Part shown: piece by piece, positions 21,627-31,665 of the stretch
Position numbering within the stretch: position 1 is the first letter of the stretch
Layout: each line of letters begins with the position of its first letter
NCBI GenBank assembly: GCA_019358935.1
Contig: JAHHIK010000021.1
Coordinates: forward strand, 24,197-88,196
Direction of reading: 5' to 3'
DNA from: Tolypothrix carrinoi HA7290-LM1
Lineage (GTDB): Bacteria > Cyanobacteriota > Cyanobacteriia > Cyanobacteriales > Nostocaceae
Length of the DNA stretch: 64,000 nucleotides
Program-made: the position numbers and the translations under genes
Notes under the pieces: generated by a model
The model's input: the letters and a program-made list of their open reading frames with translations, nothing else
Told to the model about the DNA's origin: nothing
Databases searched by the model: none

Positions 21627-21783
21627 TAAGGCGATCGCCTGTTCATCGGCTGCCCTAGGTATAATATTCGCTTATGAATCCCCACGTTTACCCGCCTCAG
21701 GAAGTAATTGACCCAAATATCCACCGACACCAACTTCGCGCCAAGTCTCCACTCGTTGGGGCGGAAGTTATCCGCCTTCGGCG

Positions 21784-21961
21784 GAAGGCAGAAGGCAGAG
21801 GGCAGAGGGCAGAAGGTATAAATTATGTCTTTGATTCAGCCTTCTGGCTGGAGCCAACTGGGTATAAAACCCCACCGTCTACACGGTGGATTCAATCGGT
21901 TGGGGTTTGAATCCCCATCCGATTGCTCCTTCAGCATAGCTGCCTCCTGCCCTCTGCCTTT
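21784..21961. mobile_element. MITE-like element with heptamer-based inverted ends
   Basis: (GGCAGAR)n left end versus CTGCCTCCTGCCCTCTGCCTT right end; internal hairpins CCACCGT..ACGGTGG and CAATCGG..CCGATTG. Confidence 0.6.
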
Positions 21962-22048
21962 CTTCAAGATCTGCGATCGCCAACACATTCATCGCCAATT
22001 ACCAAAATAATTACGATTACAGACCTAACAGTTAATCAGTACAGCATC

Positions 22049-22357
22049 CTAACTTTCATCCATTTTTTGCATGTGCTTTAGTTGCAGCTTGAGTTCTTTG
22101 ATTTCATCAAAAAGCCGATTGGCTTTATGGTCGATTTTTTCCTCCAGTGCGTGCAATAGATAATCTACTCGCTCAAAACGTTCGGCATAAGTTTGAACAT
22201 GCACGCCAAAATTAAATTCGTTTTCAGCGATCCGCTTAATGAGTGATTTGTTTAACTCATCAATTGCATCATAAATCGCAGCCTCTACCTGAAATACTCG
22301 GTAAACGACTGCAACCAGCGCCGCAAGTCCTAAAATAATGTCGAGATAATTTTTCAC
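22049..22357 (-). CDS. Hypothetical protein with N-terminal TM helix and coiled coil (phage-like)
   Basis: 102 aa; hydrophobic N-terminus, then heptad-rich helix. Confidence 0.6.
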   Translation of the reverse strand: MKNYLDIILGLAALVAVVYRVFQVEAAIYDAIDELNKSLIKRIAENEFNFGVHVQTYAERFERVDYLLHALEEKIDHKANRLFDEIKELKLQLKHMQKMDES

Positions 22358-22380
22358 TAATTCAGCGCAAGCAGAGTAGT

Positions 22381-22550
22381 GCGGCTCTTAAAAGAGCGAT
22401 CGCTCCTCAAAAAAGCTTCAAGGCAAGGGCATTAGCTCTCACAGCACCAGGCGAACGTTTATTACAGAACTTCATAAAAGGGGATGCGATATCTACACGA
22501 TCCAACAAATTACCGGACACAAGGATTTAAATGAAAAAGCGATCATCTAA
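22381..22550 (+). pseudogene. Tyrosine recombinase C-terminal fragment (frameshifted)
   Basis: AALKRAIA / KLQGKGISSHSTRRTFITELHKRGCDIYTIQQITGHKDL: HxxR and GH catalytic boxes. Confidence 0.75.
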
Positions 22551-23430
22551 ATTCACCTTAGAGATCGCCTTTTTCAAGTGCAAATACAGAAACTCAGTAA
22601 CCATAATCGGAAGACTGGGTTTCTACCCCAAATAAAAATGAGGAGCAATCCAATAATGCCAGAAAAACCACGCTTCAAGCAAAGAGCAAAAAGTAATTGA
22701 AGTATTTCGAGTACCAATATTACCAAGTTCAACCCCGACGGTAACGCCTCAACCGCCCAACCAGAGCGAATTACAGCCGATTGAAACCGAAAATAACCAC
22801 CCCGAATTTGTCATTCTGGCTGTAAAAGCCTGCCTGGAAGCGGGTTTCAGCGATTCCAAAATAATAAAAGATATTTTGGATTATCGCGGTTCCTGCGGTT
22901 CCAGCGGGTAAAGAGTTGCTAGAACGAATTAAAGAGGAATTTTAATTTTTAAGCGATCGCGCTCTTGGTGTGTGCGATCGTGCGATCGCGCTCTCGACAA
23001 TTCAAAAAGACGTAGCCCGTGCCGGGGTCTCAGTCAGGCTTGTAGGACACAAAGAACTTCGTAATTACCGCTCACTGGACTTAAGTTTACCGGATAAAAC
23101 CGACTCTAGAAGCAAGCGGCGATAAAAGTAAAATTAAGATTAAAAGTGGCTCTGACTTATGCCGTATCGCCTTCTAGCAGTGGGTTTTCACCCGCATTTT
23201 GTGTTAAGCGCTGCCGTCTTAATAATGAAATTGGTGCAATGCTGGGTACTCAGTTGGATGCCCAAAAAGCTGCGGGGCGCCCGGTTCGATTAGTGCGATC
23301 GCGCTGCAAAGTGCCAAAGCCGCAAAGTTACTATTTAAGGAATTAGTAAAGGTACTAGAGTGAAAATTTTGACCCCTATTTAGAGTTCGCTTTTTGATAT
23401 AACGCTCAAAATTAAAATTAAAGTCCGAAT

Positions 23431-24138
23431 ATGAACCAAAGCAAGAATAATATAGATGTTCGCGCCATTTTTGACCGCATTGCGCCTGTTTACGATCAGT
23501 TAAACGATTGGTTAAGTCTGGGACAACACCGCATCTGGAAGGAAATGGCAGTAAAATGGAGCGAAGCCAAACCTGGTGATACTTGCCTAGATTTATGTTG
23601 TGGAAGTGGTGATTTAGCTTTGCGTTTAGCGCGACGTGTGGGTGTCAAGGGAAGAGTTTACGGAGTGGACTTTTCCCCCAACCTGCTGTTAAGTGCCAGA
23701 CAACGCTCTAGAGCGCAATATCCCCAACCGCCTATCACCTGGGTAGAAGCAGACGTGCTAAATTTACCCTTTGAGGACAATTCTTTTGCCGCTGCGACAA
23801 TGGGTTATGGTTTAAGAAATGTTACAGATATTCAACGCTGCCTGAAAGAATTACACCGCGTCTTGCAACCGAGCGCAAAAGCCGCAATTTTAGACTTTCA
23901 TCGTCCAAGCAATTCGCAAATCCGCGCTTTTCAGCAGTTTTATTTAGATAATCTCGTTGTCCCGTTGGCAGACTATTTGGGTGTTAAGGAAGAATACGCT
24001 TACATCAGTCCCAGCTTAGATCGTTTTCCCGTGGGCACAGAGCAAGTAGAGCTAGCTCGTCAAGTTGGTTATGCAACTGCCACACACTACCCCATCGCGA
24101 ACGGTATGATGGGAATGCTGGTAGTCAGCAAAAATTAG
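23431..24138 (+). CDS. menG: Demethylphylloquinone/menaquinone methyltransferase (UbiE/MenG)
   Basis: FDRIAPVYDQLNDWLSLG, LDLCCGSGD, GYGLRNV. Confidence 0.9.
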   Translation: MNQSKNNIDVRAIFDRIAPVYDQLNDWLSLGQHRIWKEMAVKWSEAKPGDTCLDLCCGSGDLALRLARRVGVKGRVYGVDFSPNLLLSARQRSRAQYPQPPITWVEADVLNLPFEDNSFAAATMGYGLRNVTDIQRCLKELHRVLQPSAKAAILDFHRPSNSQIRAFQQFYLDNLVVPLADYLGVKEEYAYISPSLDRFPVGTEQVELARQVGYATATHYPIANGMMGMLVVSKN

Positions 24139-24245
24139 TGAAGAGTTAAGAGTCAGAAGTGATGAATTAACTCTTAACTCCTGTACAGACGTGACAGTGG
24201 AACGTCTCTACAACTGTGCTCCTCCTAACTCTTTTAATTCTTCCC

Positions 24246-25478
24246 TTGGATTGGTCTCATCTTTGGCTTTATGTGTCTCCCCCGGTAGTGGGTGGAATTA
24301 TTGGCTATTTCACGAATGATATAGCCATCAAAATGTTATTTCGTCCCTACCGGGCACTTTACATTGGTACAAAAAGGGTTCCGTTCACCCCTGGATTAAT
24401 TCCTCGCAATCAAGAACGCCTTGCGAAGAATATTTCTAATACAATTATGGGGTCGTTGCTGACACCCGAAGAATTGCAAAAGCTGGCACGGCGTCTGTTA
24501 CAAACAGAACGCGTGCAATCAGGGATTCTTTGGTTGTTGCAAATGGCGATCGAGCAAATTCAAGGCGATAAACAACATAAAAGTACGAAGATTGTCGCCG
24601 GAATTTTGCGCGATTTGTTAGGAGAATCTTTGCCACGTCTGCTGAAGGTTTTGGCGCGACAAGAAGACTTTTTAGAAACGCAAATAAATCAAATTTTTGA
24701 CCAAATCTTACTGGAATTTCAACTGAGCGAAGAACAATCTACTCGGCTTGCGGATTGGTTATTACAAGTAGTTTTACCGCCAGATGCAATCCGCCAAATA
24801 ATTATTGATTTTTTGACCGATCGCACGATTCAAATTATTGATGAAAGCTTTCGCGAAAAAACCAGCGGTACTTATTGGGTAGTGGCGAATTTGTTTGGTT
24901 TACGCAATACTTTAACACGATTGCGGACATTTTGCTTAGATGAAAAAGAGGTGACAAATCAACGCATACAAGAATTAATTCAAGAATTGCAAATGCGCGA
25001 TCGCCTCAGAAAAATCCTGCAAAATATATCTTTACAAAACTTGCCAATGGGGACGGTGCGCCAATTGCGAAAGACTACCCGCGAAAGTGTACGTCATTAC
25101 TTGCAAAATAGCGGCAGTGATTTACTACAAGGATTAACTGATTCCGTTGACTGGGAAAATATTGCTTCATTATTGCTAAATCGTCTTAGTACTTCTCCGG
25201 TTGTTAGTTCTTCGTTGGATATGGTGAGTGAAGAACTAGCGCTAATTTTAGATAAGTATTTAGAAAAAGATTTAGAAAAGATTGTGGCTCAGACGATACC
25301 CATTTTGTCAATAGATCAAGTGATTGTCGATCGCGTCAAGTCAACATCACCCGCTGATTTAGAAGCAGCAATTGAGGGAATTGTCAAAAATGAATTGCAG
25401 GCGATCGTTACTTTAGGCGGTGTTTTAGGTTTTATCGTCGGGTTATTTCAGATAGTGTTATTGGTATTTAGTCAATAG
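24246..25478 (+). CDS. DUF445 family protein
   Basis: [43 protein letters not shown]. Confidence 0.9.
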   Translation: MDWSHLWLYVSPPVVGGIIGYFTNDIAIKMLFRPYRALYIGTKRVPFTPGLIPRNQERLAKNISNTIMGSLLTPEELQKLARRLLQTERVQSGILWLLQMAIEQIQGDKQHKSTKIVAGILRDLLGESLPRLLKVLARQEDFLETQINQIFDQILLEFQLSEEQSTRLADWLLQVVLPPDAIRQIIIDFLTDRTIQIIDESFREKTSGTYWVVANLFGLRNTLTRLRTFCLDEKEVTNQRIQELIQELQMRDRLRKILQNISLQNLPMGTVRQLRKTTRESVRHYLQNSGSDLLQGLTDSVDWENIASLLLNRLSTSPVVSSSLDMVSEELALILDKYLEKDLEKIVAQTIPILSIDQVIVDRVKSTSPADLEAAIEGIVKNELQAIVTLGGVLGFIVGLFQIVLLVFSQ

Positions 25479-25540
25479 AGATTTAAGAGAGCGATCGCAC
25501 TTGATTTAAAACTTGATGAAAAGAGCGATCGCTCTCGTTA

Positions 25541-26362
25541 TTATGCCTCACCTTCTCTAGAAAGCAATAACTCCACCTCTTGAAGTGATAAACCAGTCAT
25601 TCTTACCACTTCTTCCACAGCCATTCCGCTGTTGAGTAGATTTACTGCAACCAGCCGAACACCCTCTTGAACACCTTCGGCTTTACCTTTGGCTTCACCT
25701 TCGGCTTTACCTTTGGCTTCACCTTCGGCTACAGCCTCTTCCCAAATGTCTTGATAAATTACTGACTCTTTCATAATTTCACTCCGTAAGACTCTTTTAA
25801 TCAGCTGTTTCTCTAATACTAAACCAGCTAAAATCGAAGTTGCAGCCGCGACATTACTTTGCAAGCGTTGGTTGGAAATTCCTTCTATTTCCTGTGCTAC
25901 TTGCTGTAATGTGCTGTTTCTATCATTTGTTTCACCCAACACCGCAAACGGTAATAAACCTGGATAGCGCAAAAATACCTCCGCAGGTTGTTCCCACAGT
26001 CGAATCACCTCAAACTCATGACGAGAACCAGGAATACTAAAGGTATTTTGCCGCACGAGTTCTGAACTTGTTTCTTTGAGGTAAATTACAACTTGACGCA
26101 TCTGCTTTTGGGGAAAGCGACGATACACCCGCAACCGATAATCAATCATGCGAAAGGGAATATTTGCATCCGGTTGCGTTTGAAACTCCAAATGAAGCAC
26201 GACCTCAGCCGATTCTAGTAAAATTAGTGCATCAGCTCTAATCGGTTCAAGTGAAAGTTCCGAAGGACTTAACTCTGTTAGAGAAATTGGTTCTCCTAAC
26301 AGCCAAGTGGCAAAGTCGGTAGAGAAATTTTCGGCAAGAAATTTGCAAACATTATCGAACAT
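25541..26362 (-). CDS. Rpn family recombination-promoting nuclease / putative transposase
   Basis: IRADALILL, HLEFQT, RMIDYRLR, MKESVIYQ, GEAKGKAE repeats. Confidence 0.88.
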   Translation of the reverse strand: MFDNVCKFLAENFSTDFATWLLGEPISLTELSPSELSLEPIRADALILLESAEVVLHLEFQTQPDANIPFRMIDYRLRVYRRFPQKQMRQVVIYLKETSSELVRQNTFSIPGSRHEFEVIRLWEQPAEVFLRYPGLLPFAVLGETNDRNSTLQQVAQEIEGISNQRLQSNVAAATSILAGLVLEKQLIKRVLRSEIMKESVIYQDIWEEAVAEGEAKGKAEGEAKGKAEGVQEGVRLVAVNLLNSGMAVEEVVRMTGLSLQEVELLLSREGEA

Positions 26363-26381
26363 TCCCAAATCCTACCATTAA

Positions 26382-26975
26382 CTAGCTGGCGAACTTCCTC
26401 TGCATTCTCGGCGCAACTAGGCGAAGCATTATTGCTAAAACTAATAAGATAACTAAAGGTAAATAAATCAGCATTGACTGTTGAATTCTCAGGCTGAATT
26501 CCAATGTAAAAGCTAACCATAAAAAGTGCATTCCTATAGTGTGCAAAATTTTCCAAGCACGTTGACCGATTAAAGCAGCCGGACGATTAAAGGATGTTAT
26601 GGTCATGGCAATAAGCAATAAATAACCGAAAGTGCCGCCAGGGTCAAATTTGGGAGTTAATCCAGAAGTGGCAAACCATAATCCGATCAGAGCGATCGCA
26701 TGATAAGTATGCGACACTGCCATTGATATCCCTAAATAACGGCGATTCTTTAAAAGCCATGCCGTGAAAGAATTTGACCAAATTCGCCGAAGTGCGGATG
26801 CGACAAAAGCACCAAGAAATAGGATACACGAAGTACGAGCAGTAGCTCTGATTGCCATCCGCATTGCTTGCTCATCAATGCCATAAAATACCCAGATGAC
26901 AGCAACCATAGCACCAATCGCCAACGTTGAAAAACCAACGATATTCCAACCTTGAAAAGCGGTGGTATCTTTCAT
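26382..26975 (-). CDS. Ferric reductase-like transmembrane protein (MsrQ-like)
   Basis: RRYLGIS..H..H, TITSF, WKILH; about six TM segments. Confidence 0.7.
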   Translation of the reverse strand: MKDTTAFQGWNIVGFSTLAIGAMVAVIWVFYGIDEQAMRMAIRATARTSCILFLGAFVASALRRIWSNSFTAWLLKNRRYLGISMAVSHTYHAIALIGLWFATSGLTPKFDPGGTFGYLLLIAMTITSFNRPAALIGQRAWKILHTIGMHFLWLAFTLEFSLRIQQSMLIYLPLVILLVLAIMLRLVAPRMQRKFAS

Positions 26976-27166
26976 ACTTTCTTACTCCTGCTTTACTGCT
27001 GATTGGTATTCAATTTAGCGATCGCTTTGTGTCCCTGTCTTGCCTAATCTAACGAAAAATGTCTTAATCTTCACTTATATTGAAACTCCATCCCTTTATC
27101 GGTGAAGTTCTCCTGACTCGTACAGACGTTCCAATGGAACGTCTCTACCGCTTTTCCTGACTTCTT

Positions 27167-28021
27167 TTACAGCGCGTCTCGATATACCTTTGGTGTTGTT
27201 TTGGTATGTTCGCGAAACACTCTGGTAAAATGACTTTGACTTTGAAAGCCGACTTGGTGACAGATTTCTACAAGTGTCAATTCCCGTTTTAGCAATAATT
27301 GCTTTGCTTTATCTATTCGGCATTTCATCACATATTGATGCGGTGTCAAACCTGTTGATTGCTTGAATAAACTAGCAAAATAATGCGGACTCATCTGCAC
27401 TGAAGCTGCAACTTCAGCTAAAGTTAAATTGTGGTCTAAATTTTCATTGATGTAATTTACAGCTTCCTTTAACCTATACTTGGGCAAACCACCTGTATAG
27501 TTTTTAATCTGCTGTTGACGTACAGAATATCTTCTCAGTAAATGCACTGAAAGCGCTGTTGCCATCGATTCTGCATAAAGCCGACTGTCAGCACCGGAGG
27601 CTTCTAACTCAGCTTTTAATGCCAACCCCATATGCTGAATTAAGGGGTCGCGTATGTGCCATTGCGGTACAATTTCGATATTATCTGCATCCACAGATTC
27701 ACAAGCAACACGGTTAAAAATTGCAGGTTCAAGAAATAGTTCAACTAATGGAACTTCCCGATCAATCTGTGTCCTGGGGAAAGGTTGCGAAGCCGGGATA
27801 ATGGCAATATCACCCTTGGCATAATCCACTTGCAGCCAACTTTCGTTTAACATATAGCTGGCACGAAAATTATCAAGAGCAATAACGATAAAGTGCCGAC
27901 CCATGTACATTTCCGGCGTTTCGTCGCATGGTTCTATTTCATATAGGAGGTTTAAGCCTTCCCATCCTGCCTCAAAGCTGGAGAGGAGATGTAAGTGTTC
28001 GGGAGGTTCATTATTAGACAC
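27167..28021 (-). CDS. AraC family transcriptional regulator
   Basis: C-terminal double HTH 'FKQSTGLTPHQY...VGFQSQSHFTRVF'. Confidence 0.93.
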   Translation of the reverse strand: MSNNEPPEHLHLLSSFEAGWEGLNLLYEIEPCDETPEMYMGRHFIVIALDNFRASYMLNESWLQVDYAKGDIAIIPASQPFPRTQIDREVPLVELFLEPAIFNRVACESVDADNIEIVPQWHIRDPLIQHMGLALKAELEASGADSRLYAESMATALSVHLLRRYSVRQQQIKNYTGGLPKYRLKEAVNYINENLDHNLTLAEVAASVQMSPHYFASLFKQSTGLTPHQYVMKCRIDKAKQLLLKRELTLVEICHQVGFQSQSHFTRVFREHTKTTPKVYRDAL

Positions 28022-28151
28022 GGCTAAAGTCGGCTTTGATGATTTATATCGCGTGCTTGAGCGGCTTGTCGCTAGGATAATGCATATATAAGTCTAAAAA
28101 TCATCCACTATTTGAATATCTGTAAATAGATCGTTAAACAAAACCGATATT

Positions 28152-29546
28152 ATGCATTCCCAACTTACCGATGCCCAAAATTTGCTTTCTGACTTGATTG
28201 CCCGTTACTCATCTAGAGTAGATTATCTCATGATTCGCTTGGAAGAAGCAGAAGATACTGATATTTTGTTACGTGGTGACAAGATAGAAACTCTAAGCGA
28301 AGGTATTTCAATAGGTGGACAAATTCGCGCTTGTTATAAAGGTGGCTGGGGTTTAAGTAGTTTTAACCAGTTAGCGACAATTAAAGACCGCATAGAAGAA
28401 GCGATCGCCGCAGCGCGGATGGTTGGTGATGAAGAAACTATACTTGCCCCGATAGAAACAGTGCAAGCGATATGCACTTTACCGCTTACAGGTACTGACC
28501 CGCGAAAAATTTCTTTAGTGGAGAAAAAACAATTGTGCGATCACTACACCGATTTACTCAAAAGCGCTGACCATCGCATCACCACGACTTCAGTTAGCTA
28601 TGGTGACAGTTCCCAAAGAATCATCCTTGCCACTTCCGAAGGCACTTTAATTGAGCAATCTTGGGTGGATATGGAAATGCGCTTTGCCGCTACCGCTAAA
28701 GACGGCGAAACTGTGCAAACTGGTAGGGAAACCACAGGCTCTCGTAAAGCTTATGAAGATTTAACACATTTGGATGAACAAGTCAAGAGTGCCGCTCAAA
28801 GGGCAGTAGCTGCTTTATCTCTGCCATCAGTCAAAGGTAATACTTACACTGTGGTGATTGATCCAATTCTCACCGGGTTGTTTGTCCACGAAGCCTTTGG
28901 ACATCTTTCTGAGGCAGATATGGCTTACGAAAATCCAGATTTGCTGGAAGTAATGACTATTGGTCGGCGGTTTGGTGCAAAAGAGTTGCAAATTTTTGAT
29001 GGTGCTGCACCTCTGGGACATCGCGGTAGTTATTTTTACGATGACGAAGGCACACCTGCTACTACTACCCAACTGATTAAAGATGGCGTTTTGGTGGGAC
29101 GTTTGCATTCTCGCGAAACCGCCGGCAAATTAGACGAAGCGCCTACAGGCAATGCACGTTGTCTCAATTATCACTATTCGCCAATAGTGCGGATGACGAA
29201 TACCTGGATTGAAAGGGGTAAAACGCCAGTAAAAGATTTATTTACTGGTATCAAAGAGGGAGTGTACGCCCGTAATTGGCTGGGGGGAATGACAAACGGG
29301 GAAATGTTCACCTTTAGCGCTGGGGAAGCGTGGATGATTAGAAATGGCAAAATTGCCGAACAGGTGCGGGATGTGACGCTTTCGGGTAACGTTTTTCAAA
29401 CTTTAGCAGATATTGAAGCGATCGGTGATGATTTTTACTGGGATGAGTCTGGTGGTTGCGGTAAAGGCGGACAAGATGGTTTACCTGTCGGTTGTGGTGG
29501 ACCGAGTTTAAGAATACGTGATGTGGTAGTTGGGGGGGAAGCTTGA
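28152..29546 (+). CDS. tldD: TldD family metalloprotease
   Basis: HEAFGHLSEAD, YDDEG, RMTNT, GGCGKGGQ. Confidence 0.92.
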   Translation: MHSQLTDAQNLLSDLIARYSSRVDYLMIRLEEAEDTDILLRGDKIETLSEGISIGGQIRACYKGGWGLSSFNQLATIKDRIEEAIAAARMVGDEETILAPIETVQAICTLPLTGTDPRKISLVEKKQLCDHYTDLLKSADHRITTTSVSYGDSSQRIILATSEGTLIEQSWVDMEMRFAATAKDGETVQTGRETTGSRKAYEDLTHLDEQVKSAAQRAVAALSLPSVKGNTYTVVIDPILTGLFVHEAFGHLSEADMAYENPDLLEVMTIGRRFGAKELQIFDGAAPLGHRGSYFYDDEGTPATTTQLIKDGVLVGRLHSRETAGKLDEAPTGNARCLNYHYSPIVRMTNTWIERGKTPVKDLFTGIKEGVYARNWLGGMTNGEMFTFSAGEAWMIRNGKIAEQVRDVTLSGNVFQTLADIEAIGDDFYWDESGGCGKGGQDGLPVGCGGPSLRIRDVVVGGEA

Positions 29547-29712
29547 TTGAGTTAGGAGTTAGGAGTTAGGAGGCGCGGAGTTATGAGTTGTAATTGAATA
29601 ATTTTGATTACAATAAAGCTAAATTAAGCAAGCTTGCACCATCAAAGAATTAGGCTAAAAATAGCTTTGATTATTTAGAAAAAGCATCGATTAACACGCA
29701 AGGACTTCTTCA

Positions 29713-30405
29713 ATGACAGCTTCTATAGAACGTGGCTTAAACAAGATACCACCTTTAGAAAGTGGCGATAGACTCAGCCGCCACGAATTTGAGCGCCGCT
29801 ATACAGCAATGCCGCACCTCAAGAAAGCAGAATTAATTGAAGGAGTCGTCTACGTGTCATCGCCATTACGTTTTAAAAGTCATGGACAACCTCACGGTGA
29901 TTTAATTATTTGGTTAGGAACTTACAAAGTTTCCACCCCAGGAGTAGAGTTAGGTGATAATGCTACAGTTCGCCTAGATTTAGACAATGAACCACAGCCG
30001 GATGTTTTATTATTAATAGATGAAAGATTGGGCGGACAGGCAAAAATTAGTGAAGATGACTACATCGAAGGCGCACCAGAGTTAGTAGCAGAAGTTGCTG
30101 CTAGTAGTGCATCAAATGATTTATATGATAAGAAACGCGCATACCGTCGTAATGGCGTGCAAGAATATATTGTTTGGCAGATTTTGGAAAATAAAGTTGA
30201 TTGGTTCAGCTTGCAAAATGACGAGTATGTAACATTAGAAGCTGATGCAAATGGTGTGATTAAAAGTCGGATATTTCCTGGTTTGTGGTTAGATATGACA
30301 GCGCTATTAACAGGAGAAATGACTAAAGTTTTAGCGGTGCTGCAAGCAGGTTTGAATTCAACAGAACATCAGGCTTTTGTTGAACGTTTGTCACGCCAAT
30401 CTTAG
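29713..30405 (+). CDS. Uma2 family endonuclease
   Basis: AELIEG, EPQPD, PELVAEVA, YRRNGVQEY. Confidence 0.92.
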   Translation: MTASIERGLNKIPPLESGDRLSRHEFERRYTAMPHLKKAELIEGVVYVSSPLRFKSHGQPHGDLIIWLGTYKVSTPGVELGDNATVRLDLDNEPQPDVLLLIDERLGGQAKISEDDYIEGAPELVAEVAASSASNDLYDKKRAYRRNGVQEYIVWQILENKVDWFSLQNDEYVTLEADANGVIKSRIFPGLWLDMTALLTGEMTKVLAVLQAGLNSTEHQAFVERLSRQS

Positions 30406-30872
30406 ATTATCTTCTCCATGAAGACGGTACAAAGGCTGTCATTGTAACGTTCAATTACATAAAAGCCGAGTTGCTTATAGAGTTTCACAGCTTGTGCTTG
30501 TTTTTGTTCATCTGCACAGTCAAGTCTGACTTTCTTGTAAGCTGCTTTCTTGGCAAAATCTAAAAGCATCTGTGCCATTTTTTTGCCAAATCCTTGTCCT
30601 CGGTAATCTTTGAGCAACCACATCCGCTTCAGTTCGCAGATGTCGTCATTCAAACGCCTAATTCCTCCGCTACCAACAACTTTATCATCATCGACAAGTA
30701 CCAAGAATATACCTTTATTATCTAAATAGTGCGATCGCACGTCATCTATATCTGACATATCATAATTTCTAATTACTTCTTCAGGAACCTGAAATATTTC
30801 TGAGCATACTGCAAATATAATTCGTTTAACTTCTTCAATTTGGTGTAATTTTATCGTTTTGATTTCTATCAT
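30402..30872 (-). CDS. GNAT family N-acetyltransferase
   Basis: CELKRM, YRGQGFG, AVKLYKQLGF. Confidence 0.9.
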   Translation of the reverse strand: MIEIKTIKLHQIEEVKRIIFAVCSEIFQVPEEVIRNYDMSDIDDVRSHYLDNKGIFLVLVDDDKVVGSGGIRRLNDDICELKRMWLLKDYRGQGFGKKMAQMLLDFAKKAAYKKVRLDCADEQKQAQAVKLYKQLGFYVIERYNDSLCTVFMEKII

Positions 30873-31461
30873 TTTCTTTATTATTAATAGGTAAAGCCAA
30901 GTCTACTTGTTTTAACAACGCATCTTTAGTAGAGTTGTTATCTAACACAATATCAGCAAGCGCTGCTTTTTCGGTAATCGGCATTTGACTGTGAATCCTG
31001 GCTTGTGCTTGTTCTAAAGTTAAATTATTCCGCTGCATTAATCTTGCTAACTGTTGTTGTTCAGAACAACTTACTACCCAAATTTCTGTAACTAAATCTG
31101 TCATTTCCGCTTCAAATAGTAAAGGCACAACAAACACCAGTAGAGACGCGACCGATCGCGTCTCTACAATAAGGCGATCGCGCACGTAAGGATGAATCAA
31201 ATTCTCTACCCAACTGCGTTCTGCTTGATTGGTAAAGATAATTTCGCCTAGCTTTGTCCGGTTGAGGCTTTTATCTGCAAGTAACATTTCTTGTCCGTAA
31301 CGGAGAGCGATCGCTTGAAGTATTGGCGAATTTATAGATACTGCGTCTCTAGCATATATATCTGCATCGAAAATCGGCAAACTATAAGCTGTAGCTAAAT
31401 AATTTGCAACAGTACTTTTGCCTGTAGCGATACCTCCAGTTAAACCAATTATACGTTTCAT
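30835..31461 (-). CDS. coaE: Dephospho-CoA kinase
   Basis: IGLTGGIATGKST, DAD, IHPYV, PLLFE. The ORF-track N-terminal extension is STRR. Confidence 0.93.
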   Translation of the reverse strand: MKRIIGLTGGIATGKSTVANYLATAYSLPIFDADIYARDAVSINSPILQAIALRYGQEMLLADKSLNRTKLGEIIFTNQAERSWVENLIHPYVRDRLIVETRSVASLLVFVVPLLFEAEMTDLVTEIWVVSCSEQQQLARLMQRNNLTLEQAQARIHSQMPITEKAALADIVLDNNSTKDALLKQVDLALPINNKENDRNQNDKITPN

Positions 31462-31665
31462 TGGGGATTGGGTAATGGGTAATTGGTAATTGGTAATTGG
31501 GCATTGGGCAATGGGGATTGGGCATTGGTAATTGGGCATTGGTAATTGGTAATTGGTAATTGGTAATTGGGCATTGGACAAATAACCACTAACCACTAAC
31601 AACTATCAACTATCAACTAACAACTAACCACTAACAACTAACAACTATCAACTATCAACTAACAA
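31462..31665. repeat. STRR arrays (TTGGTAA/TTGGGCA)n and (ACTAACA/ACTATCA)n
   Basis: Direct reading. Confidence 0.9.

Noticed and set aside
23230..23296. tRNA-like segment containing GGTTCGATT
   Set aside because: The T-arm flanks do not pair and no acceptor stem or cloverleaf forms.
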